Of a DNA stretch of 64,000 bases, positions 58,765-64,000 are shown piece after piece. Positions within the stretch are counted from its first letter, which is position 1. Each line of letters starts with the position of its first letter. The stretch is taken from positions 104,423 to 168,422 of the forward strand of contig JBAXAJ010000001.1 in NCBI GenBank assembly GCA_037142555.1. The letters run 5' to 3'. The translations under genes were made by a program, and so were the position numbers. The notes under the pieces are model-generated. The model was not told where the DNA came from. It did not search any database and saw only the letters and a list, made by a program, of their open reading frames with translations. The DNA comes from Candidatus Shapirobacteria bacterium. Its GTDB lineage: Bacteria; Patescibacteriota; Microgenomatia; UBA12405.

Positions 58765-58948
58765 AGCAAGAAAAGTAATTAAAACAGGGAACAGTTTAGC
58801 CATAACTATTCCTTCAAAATCAATCAAAGATTTTAATATTAAAGAAGGGGATTTAGTTCAAGCTAAAATAAACAGAAGTAAGGCTTCAATAACCTACGTG
58901 TTTTCTGGTCACCCTCGCCAACTTTCACTAATGGCTCAAAAAAACTAA
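58757..58948 (+). CDS. SpoVT/AbrB-domain (MazE/PemI antitoxin-like) small protein (63 aa)
   Basis: VIKTGNSLAITIPSKSIKDFNIKEGDLV matches the looped-hinge-helix consensus (…GNSxxVxIPK…GxxEGDxV). Confidence 0.55.
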   Translation: MSKARKVIKTGNSLAITIPSKSIKDFNIKEGDLVQAKINRSKASITYVFSGHPRQLSLMAQKN

Positions 58949-58953
58949 AACTA

Positions 58954-60324
58954 ATGAAAAATAGCAGAAAAACTATTAATATTTTTTGGACAATAATCGG
59001 ACTAACTTTTGTTTGTTTGATTATCAACATGCCAAAGATTTTGCCTGTCAAAATTCACCAAGGGCCAATAAATTGGGAACACACTTTTTATAAACCAGAA
59101 TTAAAAATCGGTTCTTTCACAAAAAATCTTGATTTAAAATATGGACTAGATTTAGCCGGTGGTTCCAGTTTAACTTTCGAGGTTGACACTTCTGGGGCTA
59201 AAAAAGAAAACTTAACTCAAGCTCTAGATTCTCTAAAAGGAAACATCGAAAGAAGAGTCAATCTCTTTGGGGTCAGTGAAGCCAATGTTCAATCTTCAAA
59301 AGAAGGGGACAGCAATCGTCTGAAAGTTGATCTTCCAGGAATTGAAAATGTCAACGATGCTATCGGTCTAATCGGTCAAACCGCTCAATTAAGTTTCAAA
59401 GGTGAAGATACAAAAGTGACTAGCGCCACTGATTCAGCTAGTTACAGAGATGCTTTTCCTTTTGACACTGGCATAAATGGTTCTCATTTAACCAGAGCTG
59501 CTGTTGAAATTAACTCTAATAATGGTGAACCAGAAGTAGCTTTGGAATTTAATCCAGAAGGGTCAAAATTATTTGCCAAAGCCACCAAAGATTATCTAGA
59601 CAAAAGAATTGCCATATTTTTAGATGAACAACCAATCACCTCTCCAAAAGTTCAAACAGTAATTACCGATGGTAGGGCAGTAATCAATGGTTCTTTTGAT
59701 TCAAAATCAGCCAAAGAACTTTCAGCTCAACTAAATGCTGGTGCTCTTCCTCTGCCAATTAAATTAATTCATCAAACCCAAATTGGGGCAACTCTAGGGA
59801 AAGATTCAATCGATAAAGGTCTTTTTGCCGGAATTGTTGGTCTAATTTTAGTTTCTCTCTTTATGATCGGAAACTACGGTAAATTAGGTCTAATTGCTGA
59901 TCTTGGTTTAATAATCTATGCTCTAATCACTCTAAGTCTCTATCGTCTGATTCCAGTCACTCTAACTCTTCCAGGCATTGTCGGTTTCATTCTCTCAGTC
60001 GGAATGGCCGTTGACAGTAATATCCTAATTTTTGAACGTATGAAAGAAGAACTTCGAAAAGGTAAGCCTTGGAACATTGCTATGGAACTTGGTTTTGGTC
60101 GAGCTTGGGACTCAATTAAAGATGCTAATGCGTGTACAGTCATCACTGGTCTAATTTTATTCAACCCTTTCAATTGGACTTTCCTAAACACTTCTGGAAT
60201 GGTTCGAGGTTTTGCCGTCACTTTACTTCTCGGAATTTTTATTAGTATTTTCACTGGTGTTTTTGTCACTCGAAATCTACTTCGGGTTCTAGCTAAACCA
60301 TCAAAAAAGGATAACCAACTATGA
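58954..60324 (+). CDS. secD: Protein translocase subunit SecD
   Basis: N-terminal TM, a periplasmic domain (LGLDLAGG), and a C-terminal 5-TM region GLILVSLFMIGNYG…. Confidence 0.85.
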   Translation: MKNSRKTINIFWTIIGLTFVCLIINMPKILPVKIHQGPINWEHTFYKPELKIGSFTKNLDLKYGLDLAGGSSLTFEVDTSGAKKENLTQALDSLKGNIERRVNLFGVSEANVQSSKEGDSNRLKVDLPGIENVNDAIGLIGQTAQLSFKGEDTKVTSATDSASYRDAFPFDTGINGSHLTRAAVEINSNNGEPEVALEFNPEGSKLFAKATKDYLDKRIAIFLDEQPITSPKVQTVITDGRAVINGSFDSKSAKELSAQLNAGALPLPIKLIHQTQIGATLGKDSIDKGLFAGIVGLILVSLFMIGNYGKLGLIADLGLIIYALITLSLYRLIPVTLTLPGIVGFILSVGMAVDSNILIFERMKEELRKGKPWNIAMELGFGRAWDSIKDANACTVITGLILFNPFNWTFLNTSGMVRGFAVTLLLGIFISIFTGVFVTRNLLRVLAKPSKKDNQL

Positions 60325-61187
60325 ACATAATGAAATTTCGAAAAATCTTCTACATCATTTCTCTAACTCTAATTGCCGTTTCAGTTTTTTCAATTGTAAA
60401 ATGGGGATTCAGAACTTCAATCGACTTTTCTGGTGGAACCAATTGGGAATTTGTTTTGCCAAATAATCCATCAAAAGAGAAAATAGCCGAAGCTTTCAAT
60501 CAAAATAACATAACTCTTTCTTCAATAGATTCAAACGGAAAGAATAATTTCACCCTAAAATTTGCCAACATTTCAACTGACCAAAAGAAAATTCTTGACG
60601 ATTCTATGGTCAAAATCGATAAAGACTATAAAGAATTAAAATTTGAAACTCTTGGTCCAATCCTAGGAAAAGAATTACTCAGAAAAACCATCACTGCCAT
60701 AATTTTATCATCACTATTTTTGCTAATTTTCATTGGTACTCGTTTCAAAGATTTCACTTTTGGGGCTGGTGCTGTTTTAGCCATGTTCCACGATTCATTA
60801 ATTTTGATTGGGGCTTTTTCAATTCTCGGTCATTTCTTTGGAGCCGAACTAGACGCTCTTTTTGTAACTGCTCTTCTTACAACTCTTGCTTCCTCAGTCC
60901 ATGACACAGTTGTCACTTTTGACAGAATGCGCGAACTAAAAAGACGAAACTTTAAATTTGATTGGGTTGATCTTGCCAATCAAGCTGTGACCGAAACTTT
61001 AACCAGATCTATCAATAACTCTATGACCATCATTTTGATGTTACTATCTCTAGTTATGTTAGGTGGTTCTACTACCAAATGGTTTGCCACCGCTCTCTTA
61101 ATCGGTGTCATCTGTGGAACTTATTCCTCAACCGGTGTTGCCATCCCTCTAGTTCTACTTGCCAAAAAATATCTCAAAAAGAAGTAA
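60321..61187 (+). CDS. secF: Protein translocase subunit SecF
   Basis: Located after secD with ATGA overlap; …DFSGGT… and a 5-TM C-terminal region. Confidence 0.85.
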   Translation: MNIMKFRKIFYIISLTLIAVSVFSIVKWGFRTSIDFSGGTNWEFVLPNNPSKEKIAEAFNQNNITLSSIDSNGKNNFTLKFANISTDQKKILDDSMVKIDKDYKELKFETLGPILGKELLRKTITAIILSSLFLLIFIGTRFKDFTFGAGAVLAMFHDSLILIGAFSILGHFFGAELDALFVTALLTTLASSVHDTVVTFDRMRELKRRNFKFDWVDLANQAVTETLTRSINNSMTIILMLLSLVMLGGSTTKWFATALLIGVICGTYSSTGVAIPLVLLAKKYLKKK

Positions 61188-62535
61188 TTTTTTCCAACAA
61201 AATCTCTCTCTCATTTAATTCTGGTTTTTCTTCAACCTCTTTAAATATAGCTTCCAAAACTTCACCAACTTTTCGGCCTGGTTTAATTTTCAAAATTTCC
61301 ATCACATCTTGACCATTAACTTTTAAGTCCTTTATACAAAATGGTTGTTTTTGCACTTCCACAATTCTTTCCTTAAAAAGTTCCCATCTCCAACTACTTT
61401 CTTTAGCCCCACTTCCAAGTCTATCAGCCCGTCTTAGAGCGATCATTTCGTCAATATAATCTAAAGTGACGTTTCGAATAAATCTTCGCACCGCTTTGTC
61501 TGTTTGAGTGGCCTCAGTTGTGAACATATGCCATCTGACTAATTTGAATAATTGGTCTAATTCTTTATTAGAAAATCTTAATCTCTTACCAACAGCAACC
61601 GCAATTCTTGATCCAATTATTTCGTGATTATGAAAAGTTCTAGCTTCTCCATCTCCAAACATTGATCTAGGTTTTCCTACATCGTGTAATAAACTAGCCA
61701 ATTTTGTAATTGGATTTTCAGTCGCACAATTATCCAAAGTTTTTAAATTATGATTCCAAACATCATCAATATGGTGGCCTTTTTGAGCCATTCCAACTCC
61801 ATCTAATAATTCTGGAATAATTTGTTCCAAAAGACCAGAATCTCTCAAAAGTTCAATTCCGGCTGATGGAATAGGCGAGACTAATATTTTAAAAAGTTCA
61901 TCTCTAATCCTTTCCCCAGCCACATTATTAATTAATTTAGCGTTTTTTTGAATTGATTTAAAAGTTTTCTCTTCAATTAAAAATCCTAATTGAGAAGCAA
62001 TTCTAATCGCTCTCATCATTCTCAAAGCATCTTCACCAAATCTTTCATCTGCATCTCCCACAGTTCTGATTAATCTATTTTTTAAATCAACTTGTCCACC
62101 ATACAAATCAGTTATTTTTAATTTACTATCCAAGGCGATTGCATTAATAGTGAAATCTCTTCTTTGCAAATCCTCTTCTAAACTTTTTCCCCATTTAACT
62201 TCATCAGGATGTCTTTTGTCAGAATAGCCTTGTTCAGTTCTAAAAGTTGTTATTTCAAAAATATCATCGCCATCAAGAACACTAAAAGTTCCAAAGACAT
62301 TATTACAAAAACTATTTTTAGGAAATATTTTCCTCATCTCTTCTGGAGTCAAATTGGTGGTGAAATCCCAATCTTTAACCTTTCTCTCCAAAATCAAATC
62401 ACGAACAGCTCCGCCGATAATATAAATTTCAGCGCCATTTTCTTCAAACTTTTTGATTAATTTTTCTACTTTATTAGGGATATTAAATTCCATGCCCAAT
62501 TTTACTACATTTCGAGGATAAAAAAATAAACCCAC
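61174..62535 (-). CDS. cca: CCA-adding enzyme / tRNA nucleotidyltransferase with an HD domain
   Basis: IIGGAVRDLIL…DWDF head domain; HD motif LLHDVGKP. The start is possibly the internal M at 62493. Confidence 0.75.
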   Translation of the reverse strand: MGLFFYPRNVVKLGMEFNIPNKVEKLIKKFEENGAEIYIIGGAVRDLILERKVKDWDFTTNLTPEEMRKIFPKNSFCNNVFGTFSVLDGDDIFEITTFRTEQGYSDKRHPDEVKWGKSLEEDLQRRDFTINAIALDSKLKITDLYGGQVDLKNRLIRTVGDADERFGEDALRMMRAIRIASQLGFLIEEKTFKSIQKNAKLINNVAGERIRDELFKILVSPIPSAGIELLRDSGLLEQIIPELLDGVGMAQKGHHIDDVWNHNLKTLDNCATENPITKLASLLHDVGKPRSMFGDGEARTFHNHEIIGSRIAVAVGKRLRFSNKELDQLFKLVRWHMFTTEATQTDKAVRRFIRNVTLDYIDEMIALRRADRLGSGAKESSWRWELFKERIVEVQKQPFCIKDLKVNGQDVMEILKIKPGRKVGEVLEAIFKEVEEKPELNEREILLEKITSF

Positions 62536-62557
62536 AAAACCAAAAAAACACTAACAA

Positions 62558-62599
62558 CAAAAAACCCAAAAAAGGGAAGAGTTTGGCCACCAAACTCTT
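62558..62599 (-). terminator. Terminator (perfect 10-bp stem aagagtttgg/ccaaactctt) downstream of the tiny-peptide operon; T-rich on both sides, so possibly bidirectional
   Basis: Hairpin at 62577-62599; the minus strand continues cccttttttgggtttttt. Confidence 0.55.
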
Positions 62600-62638
62600 A
62601 TTTTTTTGATTTTTTGTCTCTTTTTCAAGTGAATATTT

Positions 62639-62749
62639 TCAGAAAGTAATTACATGAGTAATAAACAAAAGTGCAAACACTATTACAATAACTACAACAA
62701 CGATTACAGCAATTGTAACCCATGGAATAGGGCTAGGAGGACAATACAT
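62639..62749 (-). CDS. Tiny hydrophobic peptide (36 aa) MYCPPSPIPWVTIAVIVVVVIVIVFALLFITHVITF
   Basis: AAGGAGGGG Shine-Dalgarno 5 nt before the ATG; a single TM; a terminator follows. Confidence 0.5.
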   Translation of the reverse strand: MYCPPSPIPWVTIAVIVVVVIVIVFALLFITHVITF

Positions 62750-62786
62750 GTCAACCCCTCCTTTCTTCTTTTCTTTTTAATTTTTA

Positions 62787-62879
62787 TTAATTAATTAATA
62801 TAATAATCGCTATTATAGAAATCAATAACAACACCAAATACAACATCCCAGATTTTACAAACTTTCTATCTCTTTCCAT
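62787..62879 (-). CDS. Tiny hydrophobic peptide (30 aa) MERDRKFVKSGMLYLVLLLISIIAIIILIN
   Basis: AAGGAGGAG Shine-Dalgarno 5 nt before the ATG; a single TM. Confidence 0.5.
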   Translation of the reverse strand: MERDRKFVKSGMLYLVLLLISIIAIIILIN

Positions 62880-62939
62880 AACAACTCCTCCTTCTTTCTA
62901 TTTTTTAGTTTTGTGAGTTAAAGTGCAACAAACTAACCT

Positions 62940-62968
62940 ATAATACTCCTAACTATACTAAAAGTCAA
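62940..62968 (-). promoter_or_regulatory. Putative promoter TTGACT-17-TATTAT (minus strand) for the tiny-peptide operon
   Basis: Reverse complement of 62940-62968: ttgact tttagtatagttaggag tattat. Confidence 0.45.
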
Positions 62969-62996
62969 TCTATCAGTGTAAAATTAAATCTATCTC

Positions 62997-64000
62997 ATGA
63001 ATCAATTGCAAATCATTTTAAAATCAAAAAAAATCATTGAAAGGGGAATAATCGAAGCCGATTTTCTAGAATTATTATTAACCAATCGTGGCATCACCAA
63101 ATCCAAAACAGCTGAATTTTTAAAACCAAACAATCCCAAAAAACTTGAAGCCAAAGATTTTGGAGTCAACCAAAAACAATTAGATTTGGCTGTCAATCGA
63201 ATTAAACAAGCCATCGATAATCAAGAAAATGTCCTAATATACGGCGATTATGATGTTGATGGTATAACTTCAACTGCTGTTCTTTGGAAATCTCTAAGAA
63301 AAAATGGTCTAAAAGTCATGCCTTTCATTCCCGATCGAGAACACGACGGCTACGGCATCAAAGCCAAATCATTTTTTAAGTTTGAAGAGGAAAGAGCCAC
63401 TAAATTCTCTTTATTAATCACTGTCGATAACGGCATTGTCGCCAACAAAGAAATCCAAAAAATCATCGACACTGGGGTTGATGTAATCATCACCGATCAC
63501 CACCTTCCAACCGAATCTTTGCCAAATTGTCTTGCCTGCGTCCATTCAACTGCCTTTTCTGGTTGTACTCTAGCCTGGCTTCTAGCTCTTCAATTCGATT
63601 CTGAAGCTGATCTAGGATTGGCCGCTCTCGGTGCCATTGCTGACTGTATGCCTCTAGTTGGGATCAATCGCAGCATTGTGGTCCATGGCATCCAAGAATT
63701 AAGATTAAACCCTTCTCCAGGCATGAAAAAATTAATGCAAGTCAGTGGTTCTAAACAAGAATCACTTTCTGCTTATGATCTAGGCTACATTCTTGGCCCT
63801 CGAATCAACGCTGTTGGTCGTCTTTCCAACCCAACCGATGCTCTGCGACTTCTATGCAGTCCAACTCTGGTCCAAGCCGCCAAATATGCCCAAGTTCTAG
63901 ACGATCACAACAAAGACCGTCAAATTCTTCAAAAAGACAGTTTGGAAGTTGCTGAGAAAAATATTTTCAACAACTCCGACAAATTAGTCTTTATTGCTGA
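62997..64000 (+). CDS. recJ: Single-stranded-DNA-specific exonuclease RecJ (3' end lies outside the window)
   Basis: DHH-family motifs VLIYGDYDVDGITS, …DNG… and ITDHH; the frame stays open to the window end. It is not in the ORF track because there is no stop. Confidence 0.8.
   Translation, partial: MNQLQIILKSKKIIERGIIEADFLELLLTNRGITKSKTAEFLKPNNPKKLEAKDFGVNQKQLDLAVNRIKQAIDNQENVLIYGDYDVDGITSTAVLWKSLRKNGLKVMPFIPDREHDGYGIKAKSFFKFEEERATKFSLLITVDNGIVANKEIQKIIDTGVDVIITDHHLPTESLPNCLACVHSTAFSGCTLAWLLALQFDSEADLGLAALGAIADCMPLVGINRSIVVHGIQELRLNPSPGMKKLMQVSGSKQESLSAYDLGYILGPRINAVGRLSNPTDALRLLCSPTLVQAAKYAQVLDDHNKDRQILQKDSLEVAEKNIFNNSDKLVFIA

Noticed and set aside
1-64000. CRISPR arrays, IS elements or transposases, and integrases
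   Set aside because: No regularly spaced direct repeats and no transposase- or integrase-like ORFs were seen on either strand.
1-64000. Alternative genetic code (UGA as Gly or Trp)
   Set aside because: TGA terminates well-supported genes exactly where homologues end (rmlC/rmlD ATGA overlap, secD/secF, cysteine-rich A/B). Reading through would fuse conserved proteins.

Overview
This is a low-GC (~35%) bacterial chromosomal segment using the standard genetic code. TGA acts as a stop, for example in the ATGA stop/start overlaps at rmlC/rmlD and between cysteine-rich genes A and B. Most of the window is one large ribosomal super-operon: rpoB (5'-truncated), rpoC, rpsL, rpsG, then an ~8 kb insert, then fusA, tuf, the S10, spc and alpha operon genes (rpsJ through rplQ), rplM and rpsI. 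rpmD (L30) is missing between rpsE and rplO, and S14 is the short zinc-ribbon form. Together with tight gene packing and many small overlaps, this points to a CPR/Patescibacteria-like genome, but I cannot confirm the lineage without a database search. The ~8 kb insert between rpsG and fusA encodes a LytR_C-domain membrane protein, a NUDIX hydrolase, rmlB-rmlC-rmlD, an ORF flanked by inverted repeats, an FAD oxidoreductase and an MFS transporter. The most unusual region is 32.76-36.70 kb, directly after rpsI. It holds four tandem paralogous genes for secreted cysteine-rich proteins that share a near-identical N-terminal signal/anchor module. Three of them also share a conserved upstream element carrying a TTAAATaacATTTAA palindrome. 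Their C-terminal cysteine-repeat regions are variable and mosaic. Two of the paralogs (B and C) have ~240 bp of near-identical 3' sequence, which indicates gene conversion. The fourth paralog carries three ~260 bp internal tandem repeats. The overall architecture resembles the variable surface-protein families of Mollicutes. The rest of the window contains uppP, an OB-fold plus DEDD exonuclease, tRNA-Pro(GGG), recA-recX, rny and hup. It also has a 1540-aa membrane-anchored surface protein (FGE-sulfatase-like domain plus FN3/Ig-like repeats) next to a MacB-type ABC exporter. These are followed by purD, ychF, miaA, an AI-2E transporter, a reduced (~270 nt) RNase P RNA on the minus strand that the ORF track mistakes for a protein, and a 57-aa basic protein whose N-terminus is reminiscent of Sul7d/Cren7. 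The window ends with a DUF3048 protein, a winged-HTH protein followed by an AbrB/MazE-like protein, secD-secF, cca, an operon of two tiny transmembrane peptides with its own promoter, Shine-Dalgarno sites and terminator, and the 5' part of recJ.
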